Of a stretch of 64,000 bases of DNA, positions 9,469 through 18,642 are shown one piece after another. The notes below the pieces were generated by a model, which was not told where the DNA came from, made no database searches, and saw nothing but the letters and a program-made list of their open reading frames with translations. Source of the stretch: a virus. Taxonomy: Duplodnaviria; Caudoviricetes. The translations under genes and the position numbers were made by a program. The stretch is taken from the IMG/VR virus record IMGVR_UViG_3300020034_000012, positions 1,962-65,961 of that record. The stretch is one strand, 5' to 3'. Every line of letters starts with the position of its first letter. The stretch's first letter is position 1.

Positions 9469-9872
9469 CCGGTGATACTCTTTCGTACTATGATCGCCAC
9501 TCCAGCAGCTGCCTCCAATGCCTTGAGTAGCGCATCGCGCTGAGTGCAGATGGTTTCAAAGTCCATCACAGCGCGGGCCATGTCACCACCTGTGCTTGAG
9601 CGCTGCTGCGGCTGTGGATGCAACTCTCGCACGCACCACGCTGTACGCATCGCACGCGCGTGGTCCGGGTCGGTGCGGGTTGTGACACCCAGCCAGCGCC
9701 ATGCGTCTTGCTCGGAATGGAAGACCAGGTTGCACTGGACTGCATCGGGCTTGATTGACTCGCTGTAGTCATGCGGCTGCACGCCAAGGTTAGCCCCGTA
9801 GCCCTGATGCGCTGGGTCATCGACGTTATGCATGATGACGTAGAGCGATGGCGGCAGTTTACTGGTGGTCAT
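9465..9872 (-). CDS. Hypothetical protein
   Basis: Four-base start/stop overlaps at both ends. Confidence 0.55.
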   Translation of the reverse strand: MTTSKLPPSLYVIMHNVDDPAHQGYGANLGVQPHDYSESIKPDAVQCNLVFHSEQDAWRWLGVTTRTDPDHARAMRTAWCVRELHPQPQQRSSTGGDMARAVMDFETICTQRDALLKALEAAAGVAIIVRKSITG

Positions 9873-10231
9873 GGCCGCACCACTTCCTTGCTTGGGTCCC
9901 CGTCCTCTCTGCGCCGTCCACTGGTGGGGTGTCGATGCCATCCGACTGGCGCATCGCCTTCCCCTGTCCACACCTGCGCTGCTGCGATCGCTGCCACGGG
10001 TGTGGGGTAGCAATACGCATCGATGATGCATCGCGAGTGCTGTTCGCTGTAGCACAAGCGCGCCTTGCCGAACGTCATCGGGTAGACGCATACCTCGTAA
10101 CCGTCTGGCAACTCACGCCAGTAGAGTGCGCCTTCTTCCATGCGCTCAGTGGCCGCGCTGGCCTGGTTTGCAACGCGGTGGCCGAATGTCGCGGCCATGA
10201 AATCAATCAGTGCTTTTGCTACCTGGGTCAT
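9869..10231 (-). CDS. Hypothetical phage protein
   Basis: YCY..AIAAAQVW.GEGDAPVGWHRHP.SGRRR; ATGA-coupled to next gene. Confidence 0.65.
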   Translation of the reverse strand: MTQVAKALIDFMAATFGHRVANQASAATERMEEGALYWRELPDGYEVCVYPMTFGKARLCYSEQHSRCIIDAYCYPTPVAAIAAAQVWTGEGDAPVGWHRHPTSGRRREDGDPSKEVVRP

Positions 10232-10514
10232 CGTCTGGGTCCTTTCGTTCTAGCTCATACGCAAGCGAGTCACGCAGCCGCTCTGTCTTGGCGCGGATGG
10301 TCCGCCACACCCAGCTACGCGGCTGCTGCTCATACTCGTCAATCAGCTCCACCATCACCGATGCCTGTTCATGCAGCTCACGCATGGCGTTACGCATCCG
10401 TACGAAGCGCGTGCCTATCCGCTCTAGCGCTGGGTCCGGGTGCTGCACCCACTTGCCTGGTTTTGGTGCTGGCTGGGTGCCGCTCTTCTTCGTTGCCATC
10501 TTGATTTCACGCAT
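10203..10514 (-). CDS. Hypothetical helical protein
   Basis: Tiles the operon; divergent from the 10539 gene. Confidence 0.55.
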   Translation of the reverse strand: MREIKMATKKSGTQPAPKPGKWVQHPDPALERIGTRFVRMRNAMRELHEQASVMVELIDEYEQQPRSWVWRTIRAKTERLRDSLAYELERKDPDDDPGSKSTD

Positions 10515-10538
10515 GTCCCTGTGGGTAGAATCCCCGCC

Positions 10539-11636
10539 ATGGACGATCGGATTGCTGAACTACTGTGTGACAAATGCAGGCCACTTCTGGCTGCAGCTCT
10601 CAAACTCGAACGCGCTGAGCTTCAGCGCAAGCAAGCAAGGGATGAACTGAAGGCGCTGACGCAGGGCAAGATAGCCACTGCGGATGATGATGCCCCGGAC
10701 ATGGTGGCTGCGATGCAGCTGTCCAAGGGGAAGATGAGCGGTAGGACTGCTGCGCCTGCTGCAGTGGTGGATGATGATGACAAGGGGCTGACCCGCCATG
10801 GTGTCCCACGCTTGCGTGCTGCACCGAAGCTTGACCGTCATGAAACCAAGCGACGGATCAACAACGCGCACGATGACATCCTGCGTGTCATCCGCGGGGA
10901 CTTCCCGCTGGCCACGTTGACCCGTCATCTGAGCATTGCACCTGCCAGTCTCTACTTTCGGGTAGAACAGATGATAGGCGCCCACCGCCATGGAGTAGAT
11001 CCACATTGGCAGGCTGGCTATGGCTACAAGCGACACGGCAAACGTGCTTATGACGTACTGAAGAAGAAGGCTGGTAAGGCTTGGAAGGAACCCAGTCAGC
11101 GCACTGCGCCCAGTGGTCCTGCGTTTCCTGAGCGGAGCGGCGCCACGGTCAGCGCTGAACCAAGACGCAAGCCTGGTAGACCACGCAGCGATGCCGCGCC
11201 TAGACCCACGATCACCACTCCAGACCTGCAGGCGCTGAGTAACGGCGAAGTCCATAGGTTCGCCATCAGTAAGAAATATAAAATCGGCTACACCACGGTC
11301 AACCGACAGCTTGAAGCCTTTCGCGCGCGCTTCGGTGCGGACGTCCCGGAGGACGGCACGTCTGCGCAAGCGGATGCCCCGGTGGCTGAAGAAGACCCGG
11401 CCGCACGCATCACGGACACGGACCTGATGAGACTCAGGTTGAAGCGCATAGCCGTGTCCGTGATCGCTGACCGCTATGCGCTGACTGATGATGAAGTCCG
11501 TGCGCAGCTGTCCGAGTGGATGACCGCTAGGGTGGTGGATACCGTGGTTGCAGCGGAAGAGCTGAAGCGGACAAGCAACGGGGATAGCGCACCGCCCACG
11601 CTCGAAAGCATTGCACAGCAGGTGCTGCGGAACTGA
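10539..11636 (+). CDS. Putative multi-HTH/AT-hook DNA-binding protein, antisense to neighbours
   Basis: TAGAAT 7 nt before ATG; RRKPGRPR AT-hook-like motif; three HTH-like segments (LATLTRHLSIAPASLY, AISKKYKIGYTTVNRQL, VIADRYALTDDEVRAQL). Confidence 0.65.
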   Translation: MDDRIAELLCDKCRPLLAAALKLERAELQRKQARDELKALTQGKIATADDDAPDMVAAMQLSKGKMSGRTAAPAAVVDDDDKGLTRHGVPRLRAAPKLDRHETKRRINNAHDDILRVIRGDFPLATLTRHLSIAPASLYFRVEQMIGAHRHGVDPHWQAGYGYKRHGKRAYDVLKKKAGKAWKEPSQRTAPSGPAFPERSGATVSAEPRRKPGRPRSDAAPRPTITTPDLQALSNGEVHRFAISKKYKIGYTTVNRQLEAFRARFGADVPEDGTSAQADAPVAEEDPAARITDTDLMRLRLKRIAVSVIADRYALTDDEVRAQLSEWMTARVVDTVVAAEELKRTSNGDSAPPTLESIAQQVLRN

Positions 11637-11641
11637 GCGCA

Positions 11642-11977
11642 TCAGTTCACCCGGTGGTCCTTCGGTGGCTGCTGCCGGGACGATGACCGCGCGCGCAACA
11701 TCTCTTCAGCGCGTGCGGTCATCTCTTCGTAGGCTTCTATCCTGCCTGCGATGCGTATCATCTGAATGCGTAGCCGCACTATCTGAACGCTGCTGACTAC
11801 GGCGATCACCAGGTTGACCCCTATAAGCCCGTCGCGCGCTAGATGGCGTATCTGTTCTGTGGGTCCGAAAAACCACACTGCACTAAGAGGGATGTTGAAC
11901 AGCGCCCAGCAGCAGACCGATGGCGCGCGATGCCACCAACGGTGCAGCCGTTCCTTCATCCGGGTCAGCGCGCGCAT
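11642..11977 (-). CDS. Two-TM membrane protein
   Basis: Two hydrophobic segments; TGATG overlap. Confidence 0.55.
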   Translation of the reverse strand: MRALTRMKERLHRWWHRAPSVCCWALFNIPLSAVWFFGPTEQIRHLARDGLIGVNLVIAVVSSVQIVRLRIQMIRIAGRIEAYEEMTARAEEMLRARSSSRQQPPKDHRVN

Positions 11978-12288
11978 CAGTCCGCCTTAGCCTTGCGCTC
12001 AGCTGCCCTGATGATGGTGTGCTGCCTGATGATGGCCTGCGCTGTGTCAACGTTCTGAAGCAGCAGGTCTAGCGGTAGGTCCTGGTCAACCGTATTGCAG
12101 CTGTATCGCCACGTGAGTGCAGACGCCAACACCAGTACTGAAGTGGCATCGCTGTAGCCTTGCTCACGTAGAGCGAAGATGATTGCATCTGCATGCTGCA
12201 GCGCGTCATGCATGGGCAGGCTGACAAGCTCATCGTCATCCGCGTCATCCGCGATCGCTTCATCGGTGGGCTGCTCTTCATCAGTCAT
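11977..12288 (-). CDS. Hypothetical protein
   Basis: Acidic N-terminus; coupled overlaps. Confidence 0.6.
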   Translation of the reverse strand: MTDEEQPTDEAIADDADDDELVSLPMHDALQHADAIIFALREQGYSDATSVLVLASALTWRYSCNTVDQDLPLDLLLQNVDTAQAIIRQHTIIRAAERKAKAD

Positions 12289-12512
12289 CAGTCATGCCCT
12301 GGTCCTTGGTGCATCGTGGCCAGCTTGCACTCAGCGGGTGAGTGCGTTGCTTGCACGCATGCCTTGAACGTCTCTGCTTCGATGGTTCTCTTTTTCGTGT
12401 CGCAGTCCGTAACGATGAACATGAACGCTAGGAAGGCTGTGAGCACCAGCGCAGTGATGAGCGCTGGTCCGAGCCACTCACCCACGAAGTTGTCGTCACC
12501 TGGCCTAGTCAT
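12288..12512 (-). CDS. Small membrane protein
   Basis: TM helix, Cys pair; coupled overlaps. Confidence 0.6.
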   Translation of the reverse strand: MTRPGDDNFVGEWLGPALITALVLTAFLAFMFIVTDCDTKKRTIEAETFKACVQATHSPAECKLATMHQGPGHD

Positions 12513-12781
12513 ACCTTCCCCGCACGCGTCGCTTCATTCATGCGTCTGGCGACTTCATCCAAGTTGGGTGCATCCACGATGGCGCCGCCCATCTTCTGGA
12601 TCCACTCAGCGCGGGGTATGCCCATCTTGTCTAGCGTGGTGGCCAGCACCATCACCAGCGCCATCTCAACATCCGCTGCGGGTTGCCGCTGGCACACGTG
12701 GATTAGTGCGAACGCAAGCCGGGTGATTCTGTCCGTAGCTTCATTCAGCTCAGCGTCAGTGAACCTGGGTTTGTCAGTCAT
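12509..12781 (-). CDS. Hypothetical protein
   Basis: ATGA overlaps at both ends. Confidence 0.6.
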   Translation of the reverse strand: MTDKPRFTDAELNEATDRITRLAFALIHVCQRQPAADVEMALVMVLATTLDKMGIPRAEWIQKMGGAIVDAPNLDEVARRMNEATRAGKV

Positions 12782-13020
12782 GGTGCGGCCACCCAGTCAT
12801 CAGCCGGGTCACCCAGCACAAGCACCATCTGCTTCTCTAAGTGCCGCATGCCTTCGATGCTTGCCATCTGCGGGGAGTGCAGCTCACCCCACGGACCATA
12901 CAGGTGGCGCTGCAAGCGTTCGCTCCACTCGACGCTGAGTATCAGCACGTCATCGGGGAACGCCCAGTGTGGTTTGCGTATGCGGCTGATGCCTTGCTCA
13001 ACTGCTTCACTGATGGTCAC
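12778..13020 (-). CDS. Hypothetical protein
   Basis: Overlaps at both ends; RIRKPHWA, YGPW. Confidence 0.6.
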   Translation of the reverse strand: MTISEAVEQGISRIRKPHWAFPDDVLILSVEWSERLQRHLYGPWGELHSPQMASIEGMRHLEKQMVLVLGDPADDWVAAP

Positions 13021-13295
13021 GGCACCCTGCCAATCACTTCACGCAGCTGCTGCGCGCGTTGCCGCAGCTTGTCCACGTCCATCGGTGCAGGCCACGCATC
13101 GGGCGCAGGGATGAGCGCTGCCACTGCTGCAGCTGCGTCCCGCAGTTCGGTCAGCAGTTTGACGCTTGCTATGCAGTCCTGCTGCAGGTCCAACATCTGC
13201 GACCCAGCTGCATCCGCACACGCTTTGGCTAGGGCCAGCTCCATCTTCAATAAGCGACACTCGGGGCAGGTGCCTTCACGTGGTGCTTCGGTCAT
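13017..13295 (-). CDS. Hypothetical protein
   Basis: CPEC; coupled. Confidence 0.55.
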   Translation of the reverse strand: MTEAPREGTCPECRLLKMELALAKACADAAGSQMLDLQQDCIASVKLLTELRDAAAAVAALIPAPDAWPAPMDVDKLRQRAQQLREVIGRVP

Positions 13296-13542
13296 CGCTA
13301 TCCCCCTTGGGTAGTTCGCTTATCAGATCACCGATCCGCTGCAGGTCCCGCATCATGTCAGCCTGCCCATCCATACGCGCGTTCAGCAGGTCACATGCGT
13401 GCGTGAGTTTGACCACCGTGCGCTCTAGCCTTTCGATGCGCTCTGTGAGCAGCCGCTCCCCGCGCCTACTGCAGCCAAGCTTATGCACCTTGCCCATGTG
13501 ACATTCAGGGCAGGTGCGCGTTTCAAGCTTCTTCATCGCCAT
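13276..13542 (-). CDS. Hypothetical protein
   Basis: CPEC..H..GC then coiled coil. Confidence 0.55.
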   Translation of the reverse strand: MAMKKLETRTCPECHMGKVHKLGCSRRGERLLTERIERLERTVVKLTHACDLLNARMDGQADMMRDLQRIGDLISELPKGDSDDRSTT

Positions 13543-13777
13543 CCCCCCGTGGTGCAGCTACCCACTGCGCTTTGCCAATCACCACGTAGCCACCGTGGTC
13601 AACGCGCAGGAACATCTGGCTGGGTGGCTCGCCACGCTTCTCAGCGTGGAGCGCATAGCAAAGCACTCCGCCTACACGCAGCTCATCGACGATACACAGC
13701 AGCGGTCCCCACCCAGCCGAGTGGTCCGGGTCTAGCTGGATGACGTCGCCAGCGGTAACGCTCCATGCGTCAGTCAT
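13523..13777 (-). CDS. Hypothetical beta-rich (SH3-like) protein
   Basis: AGDVIQLDP, CIVDE, GGVLCY. Confidence 0.6.
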   Translation of the reverse strand: MTDAWSVTAGDVIQLDPDHSAGWGPLLCIVDELRVGGVLCYALHAEKRGEPPSQMFLRVDHGGYVVIGKAQWVAAPRGDGDEEA

Positions 13778-14004
13778 GGCTTGGCCTTGACCGTTGGTTC
13801 AGGCAGTGACAGCCCCGAAGCCTTCAGCTCTAGCGCAATCGCTTCTTCAGTCTCACCCCACACGATGACCACTTCGCCAGCGAAGCCGAACGGTTCACCT
13901 GCGAACTTGATGGGCTTGCCTTCCTGCAATCGCTGCAGGTTCAGCGTGGACAGACCCAGCAGCATCAGCTTGCGTCCCCCGATGTCACCACCTGCTTTGA
14001 TCAT
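13774..14004 (-). CDS. Hypothetical phage protein
   Basis: LLGLS..NLQRLQEGKPI, GETE; ATGA overlaps. Confidence 0.65.
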   Translation of the reverse strand: MIKAGGDIGGRKLMLLGLSTLNLQRLQEGKPIKFAGEPFGFAGEVVIVWGETEEAIALELKASGLSLPEPTVKAKP

Positions 14005-14237
14005 GACAGCACCACCCCTGGCTTGCTGACGTCTTCGGGCACAGACATCAGTTCTACCGCCAAGTCTCGGACGTCGATGAGTGCAGCATCGATCGTGCGT
14101 GACTCTGCCTCGCTCACCACGATGAGCGCAGCCAGCACCAGCATCACGTCCGTGGGCAGACCCTGGTCACAGAAGTGTTGTGCTAGCTGCTGATATGTGA
14201 TGTGCGCGTGCGTCAGTAGCGTTATGTCTATCTTCAT
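14001..14237 (-). CDS. Hypothetical protein
   Basis: ATGA overlaps at both ends. Confidence 0.5.
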   Translation of the reverse strand: MKIDITLLTHAHITYQQLAQHFCDQGLPTDVMLVLAALIVVSEAESRTIDAALIDVRDLAVELMSVPEDVSKPGVVLS

Positions 14238-15403
14238 GGTTCGTATCCCGTGCACGCGGTGCAGTCTGCGCATACGCCAGCGATACCGGTGTGCGATGCG
14301 GGTGGGTGGCCGCACGTGCACTCCAAGCGTGCCCTACCAGCCAGCAGCTGCTGATTGCTGAGCATGTCCACCTGACCACGTGACCCCTGGATCAGAGGCG
14401 CTGCATCCATGCGGTTCCCATGCGCCAGCGCATCGAGCACACCACCCACCCATGCATGGTTGGTCCGCAGCTTCCCGACGATGACCATCACGCGGTCAAG
14501 CTCATCGGCCGCAAGCTTCTTCTCTCTGCGCTCAGCGTGCAGCGCATCGAGTGCTTGCAGGTTCCGCTTGCGCAGGTCAGTCAGTAGCGCGTTATGGTCT
14601 TCGGCCAAGATGATGGACGGTGCGCCATTGAGTTGACGCAGTAGCTCAGCGCGCTGAGCATCGGTCACGCTACCAATGGTCACCCCGTTCTGATGACTCC
14701 ACAGTGCGCGCGCGCTCTGCTCATTCTCCCAGATGAGCAGGTCACACTCGGACTCAAGTTCCTTGCAGCGCACACATGGCTTCACCGTATAGGTCATGGC
14801 CACACGGTCCGCCTCTGATGCTGCCAGCTGCTCAGTCAGCTCAGCGTTCGCAGTCTCAAGCTGCTGGATGCGCTGCACGTAGCTGGCTGCTACCCGCAGT
14901 GCTGCACCCACCACGGGGTCAGTGGATTCCAGCTCTAGCAGTTCACGCTGAAGGTCAGCCAGTCCTTCGGTCCTGTCGCGCACCACGGGTGGACCACCCA
15001 GTGCATCGCGCACATCCCAGCACCGGTTATCGCCTTCCACTTTGTTCAGCACAGCCACTGCTTCGCTGACCATCGACATGATGAGCAAGCTTGATATTGG
15101 GTTCTCACGTGCATCCGCTTGCTTAGTCCAGCGTGCGCACAGTGCGCTGACTTCTTCCAATGCACCCCACAGCACATCGATGCGCTGGCCATAGAGGGAC
15201 AGTAGCTGGCCGCGTCTGTTCATCAGTTCATGCTCAGTGCGGAACTGATCATGGTGTGCACGTTGTCTCGCAACGCGCAGCCAGTGCATGCGCTGGGTTG
15301 CTTCAGCGTCATCGGTCTGCAGTGCTTCATCCACCACCGCACCCGCCGCTGCAATCAGCTCTTCAATCGGTCCCATGGTCCCCGTCCTTTGCTGGCTCTT
15401 CAA
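14234..15403 (-). CDS. Coiled-coil protein with C-terminal Cys/His cluster
   Basis: 389 aa; heptads; CTCGH..H..CADCTAC. Confidence 0.7.
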   Translation of the reverse strand: MKSQQRTGTMGPIEELIAAAGAVVDEALQTDDAEATQRMHWLRVARQRAHHDQFRTEHELMNRRGQLLSLYGQRIDVLWGALEEVSALCARWTKQADARENPISSLLIMSMVSEAVAVLNKVEGDNRCWDVRDALGGPPVVRDRTEGLADLQRELLELESTDPVVGAALRVAASYVQRIQQLETANAELTEQLAASEADRVAMTYTVKPCVRCKELESECDLLIWENEQSARALWSHQNGVTIGSVTDAQRAELLRQLNGAPSIILAEDHNALLTDLRKRNLQALDALHAERREKKLAADELDRVMVIVGKLRTNHAWVGGVLDALAHGNRMDAAPLIQGSRGQVDMLSNQQLLAGRARLECTCGHPPASHTGIAGVCADCTACTGYEP

Positions 15404-15854
15404 TCAGCTCTTCAGGTCCAATCAGCTCCACTACACCCACGTCATAGGCAAGCTTGAGCGCTGCATCTGCAAGGTCCACGATGGCGTCCGCACGCAGGCA
15501 TATCAGGCGCGGCATCTGTCCCTGTTGCGCGAGACTCGTACCTTCCCCACTCTCGATGGCCTGCGCGTGGATGCGGACTGCATGCCATGCCAAGTGGTTT
15601 GCCTGGATGACTTCAAGCAGGTTCGCCGCATCCATGTCACGCACGTAGTTCGCCTCCAGTCTGGCGCACTGCTGCTTGACGTCAGCGGTCACCTGCTTCA
15701 GGCGATCCAGCTCTGTGATTGCCAACTCCCGCAGCCGCAGCACTTCATCCCGCAGCACCATGGCGCACTTGGCTGCACGTCCCTTGCCGCTGAAGCCATC
15801 GTTGCGCGCTACCTCTGCAAGCACAGCGTCCACGCTATCGGGGTCATGCGTCAC
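15363..15854 (-). CDS. Hypothetical helical protein
   Basis: Tiles the operon; LRDEVLRLR. Confidence 0.6.
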   Translation of the reverse strand: MTHDPDSVDAVLAEVARNDGFSGKGRAAKCAMVLRDEVLRLRELAITELDRLKQVTADVKQQCARLEANYVRDMDAANLLEVIQANHLAWHAVRIHAQAIESGEGTSLAQQGQMPRLICLRADAIVDLADAALKLAYDVGVVELIGPEELIEEPAKDGDHGTD

Positions 15855-16120
15855 GGCTCATTCTCCATGAAGAAGAGCACGCGTTCAGGGCAGTCACACG
15901 TGCGGTGCTTGCTATCACGCAGGCGCTGGACGTAACCGTGCAGCACCAGCGTGCGCGCGCGCATGCGGGTCACGTCTGCACGCAGCGCGCGCACTTCATC
16001 CACCAACCATTCCGCTTCCTGCAGTGAGTGGCGCATGGGTCCACCCACGTCGGCTGCTTCAGCGTCCACGTACTTGATTGCTTGCTCCACCTTCTCAGGT
16101 GCTGGCCGTGGTCTGGTCAT
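15851..16120 (-). CDS. Hypothetical protein
   Basis: WLVDEVRALR; coupled. Confidence 0.6.
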   Translation of the reverse strand: MTRPRPAPEKVEQAIKYVDAEAADVGGPMRHSLQEAEWLVDEVRALRADVTRMRARTLVLHGYVQRLRDSKHRTCDCPERVLFFMENEP

Positions 16121-16749
16121 CGCGTACCCCGTATGCCAGGGGGTGGGCCAAGCTCAGGCTTGCAGTCCACCAAGCCCGGGTGCATGTCCATCGGCTGACC
16201 GTGCGCTGCATCGACTGTCGCATCGCACCGCTGACACCAGCGTGTGCGATCAGCAGGCAGTGCGACTGCATCCGCATCCATGTCAATCACCGTGTCCACC
16301 GTATCGTTCGGTAGCCACACCATATCAACCAGCAGCACCAGCGAGTGCAGGTCCGGGGGGATGGCCACCAGCCTGCCCTGCGATGGGTTGCCGATGAACT
16401 TATCCACCATCGCGTGCACCTGCAGCTTGATGGCGCGCAGCTGACTCAGCCACTGCTTGGCGGACTTGCCGTAGCTCAGCCGCCCATCATCGATCGCCTT
16501 CTCAAACTCAGCGCGATAGGCGTTGACCTTCAGGTCCGCCATGCGTTCGGTCTGCACGCGTGCGTCATGCTGCTGCATGGCGAACTGGCACCACGCGGTG
16601 GATGCGGCGCGCGCTTCGGCCAGATCAGTCAGCAGCTTCTCACCTTCCTTGCGGTGCAGTGCGATGTCAGCCAGCGCAGCAGCCAGGTCATCGTTCAGTG
16701 CCGTGGCTGCCGCCTGCCAGCGCGCGCACTCAGGGCACGGGTCAGTCAT
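16117..16749 (-). CDS. Hypothetical protein
   Basis: CPEC, coiled coil, CQRC; coupled. Confidence 0.6.
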   Translation of the reverse strand: MTDPCPECARWQAAATALNDDLAAALADIALHRKEGEKLLTDLAEARAASTAWCQFAMQQHDARVQTERMADLKVNAYRAEFEKAIDDGRLSYGKSAKQWLSQLRAIKLQVHAMVDKFIGNPSQGRLVAIPPDLHSLVLLVDMVWLPNDTVDTVIDMDADAVALPADRTRWCQRCDATVDAAHGQPMDMHPGLVDCKPELGPPPGIRGTR

Positions 16750-16878
16750 GGCCGCACCCGCTTGCGCAACACGTCACTGGCTCTAGTGAGCACAAGGCCC
16801 ACCACTTTCCAGAGGCTTGGTGGTAGCAGCCGCTTCACTGCCCGCTGACAATCCGGGTCAAGCAGTTGCGCCCACAGC

Positions 16879-17526
16879 TCAGCCGGTTTGCTCTCGCCTT
16901 GCGTCATCGTCCCCACCATCGGCTGCGCCTAGCCTGCGTAGGTCAGGCGTATGCCCGTTGTCATTCGCGGATGGGGCTGCTTCTACCACGGTGGCTTGCA
17001 CGAAACCAAGGGATTGCAACTCGCTGACCATCTCTGCATTGGTCATCGACGCAGGCGCACGGTCCTCGTGCTCGATGAGCAGCTCAGCACGGCTGCCGTA
17101 GTGCATCGGTCTACGCCGCTCTAGCCACCACGCCGCAGCACGCCAGTCCTTGGCAGCCTGCTGGTGGATGTGCCTGGTGTAGCCCCCTTCAGCGCGCGCA
17201 TACGCCCGCTGCACTTCAGTCACCAGGTGCACAAACTCCAAGCGCACCGGGTCAATCAGCGCCAGTAGGTCCGCCTCATCGGGGTCCGTGTCCGGGTGCT
17301 GCGCGTCCCACGCCGCGCGTGCATCAGCAATGGCGGTGCGCCCCCGTCGCAGCCACGCGTAGAACGTCTGGCTGGTCACCCCTTCCTGTTCAGCCGCGCA
17401 CTCGACGCTGACCCCGTACGCAAGGAACTTGCAGATGTTCGCACGCAGGGTGGGGTTCAACTTGTAGCGCCCGATGCCCACCACGGTGGGTCTGCGTGCG
17501 CGCTTTGCTTTGGACTTCTTCGCCAT
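16879..17526 (-). CDS. terS: Probable terminase small subunit (HTH)
   Basis: HTH VECAAEQEGVTSQTFYAWLRRG and DWRAAAWWLERR motif seen in a TerS family. Confidence 0.75.
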   Translation of the reverse strand: MAKKSKAKRARRPTVVGIGRYKLNPTLRANICKFLAYGVSVECAAEQEGVTSQTFYAWLRRGRTAIADARAAWDAQHPDTDPDEADLLALIDPVRLEFVHLVTEVQRAYARAEGGYTRHIHQQAAKDWRAAAWWLERRRPMHYGSRAELLIEHEDRAPASMTNAEMVSELQSLGFVQATVVEAAPSANDNGHTPDLRRLGAADGGDDDARREQTG

Positions 17527-17566
17527 CGGTGATCGATCTACGTGCGAGGGTTCGGGGCAGGCAGGC

Positions 17567-18082
17567 TCACACCGTCGAGCCCACACGGCAGTTGCGGTGC
17601 GGGTCCTTCACTGCATCGAAGCCGCACCGCTTGCATACGTTGGTCTGCGTCTGCGCTGTGCCATCGCTACCGCTGAAGTCATGGTCCAGTAGCGCAAGCG
17701 TTCTCGCGCCGGCCACCATCGGACATGACAGCCAGTGATCGTTCGGGTTGTCACGTGTGGCTGGGTAGCGATCATCCCGGATGCAGATGCACACGGACCA
17801 CGCCTTCATCCGGATGCGGCCTTGCTCATCCGTGTCCACCTGCTTGAGGCCAAACGCCTCGCCTTCATCGGGGCTGAAGTTGACCCACCATGCCCATGCT
17901 TTCAGCGGGTCACCCCCTTCATCGATGTCCGCTTGATGCGCCTGCTTCCATCCGCCCAGCAGCAATGCGGCATGGACGCGATGCCACGCATACCAGTCAT
18001 GTTCAGTCTGAAAGATGCGCGCGTTAGCCTGCGCCTCATCGCTGGCCAGCACTGCACGCAGGAACGTTTCGCTGTGGTTCAT
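17567..18082 (-). CDS. Hypothetical protein
   Basis: 171 aa, TGATG-coupled. Confidence 0.55.
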   Translation of the reverse strand: MNHSETFLRAVLASDEAQANARIFQTEHDWYAWHRVHAALLLGGWKQAHQADIDEGGDPLKAWAWWVNFSPDEGEAFGLKQVDTDEQGRIRMKAWSVCICIRDDRYPATRDNPNDHWLSCPMVAGARTLALLDHDFSGSDGTAQTQTNVCKRCGFDAVKDPHRNCRVGSTV

Positions 18083-18393
18083 CAGTGCCTGCCTTCCTGG
18101 ATGCGGCGGATGCTATCCCGCGTGTGACTCAGCCACGTCTTCACTGCGTCCTGAACCACGCCCATATTGTAGTCACGCAGCAGCCGGTCAATCGGCAACG
18201 TGCACTCAAGCGTCTCACCACGGACCGGACCACGCAGAACCAGGTTGACGTAGTGCGCGGGAGCTGCGTAGTCATCATCCAGGTAAGCGGGGTCTGCGTG
18301 GTCCACGTAGAACGATAAGCCCATCTCGCCCGCTGCCTGCTGACACAGGTCAAGCACTTCAATAGGGATGACTAGGTCTGGTTGGATGTCCAT
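18082..18393 (-). CDS. Hypothetical protein
   Basis: Tiles the operon. Confidence 0.6.
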   Translation of the reverse strand: MDIQPDLVIPIEVLDLCQQAAGEMGLSFYVDHADPAYLDDDYAAPAHYVNLVLRGPVRGETLECTLPIDRLLRDYNMGVVQDAVKTWLSHTRDSIRRIQEGRH

Positions 18394-18396
18394 GGC

Positions 18397-18642
18397 TCAC
18401 AGTCCTTTCTCAATCGAGCTACACGCAAACACGCTGAGCACCACACCATCATCACAGTACGCAATCAGCTGCAGCTTGCCTTGCTCGCCATCGCCTACGC
18501 GCGGTGACTCGCTAAGTACCTGGTCAAGGAACGCGTCGAGCACACCGTGCGCCGCTTCACGCACGCGCTTGGTTTCCCGCTGCGCCCACGCTTCAGTCTG
18601 CTCATCGTCCGCATCAGCTCTCAGGTTGATTCGCTCTTCCAT
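18397..18642 (-). CDS. Hypothetical protein
   Basis: RBS-like GGGGAAGAG; tiles the operon. Confidence 0.55.
   Translation of the reverse strand: MEERINLRADADDEQTEAWAQRETKRVREAAHGVLDAFLDQVLSESPRVGDGEQGKLQLIAYCDDGVVLSVFACSSIEKGL

Noticed and set aside
10560-11642. 360-aa minus-strand ORF
   Set aside because: Looks like the antisense shadow of the plus-strand gene, which has motifs and a promoter-like -10
15350-15430. Three short CAATCAGCTC repeats at a gene junction
   Set aside because: Local microduplication in coding sequence with no spacer structure
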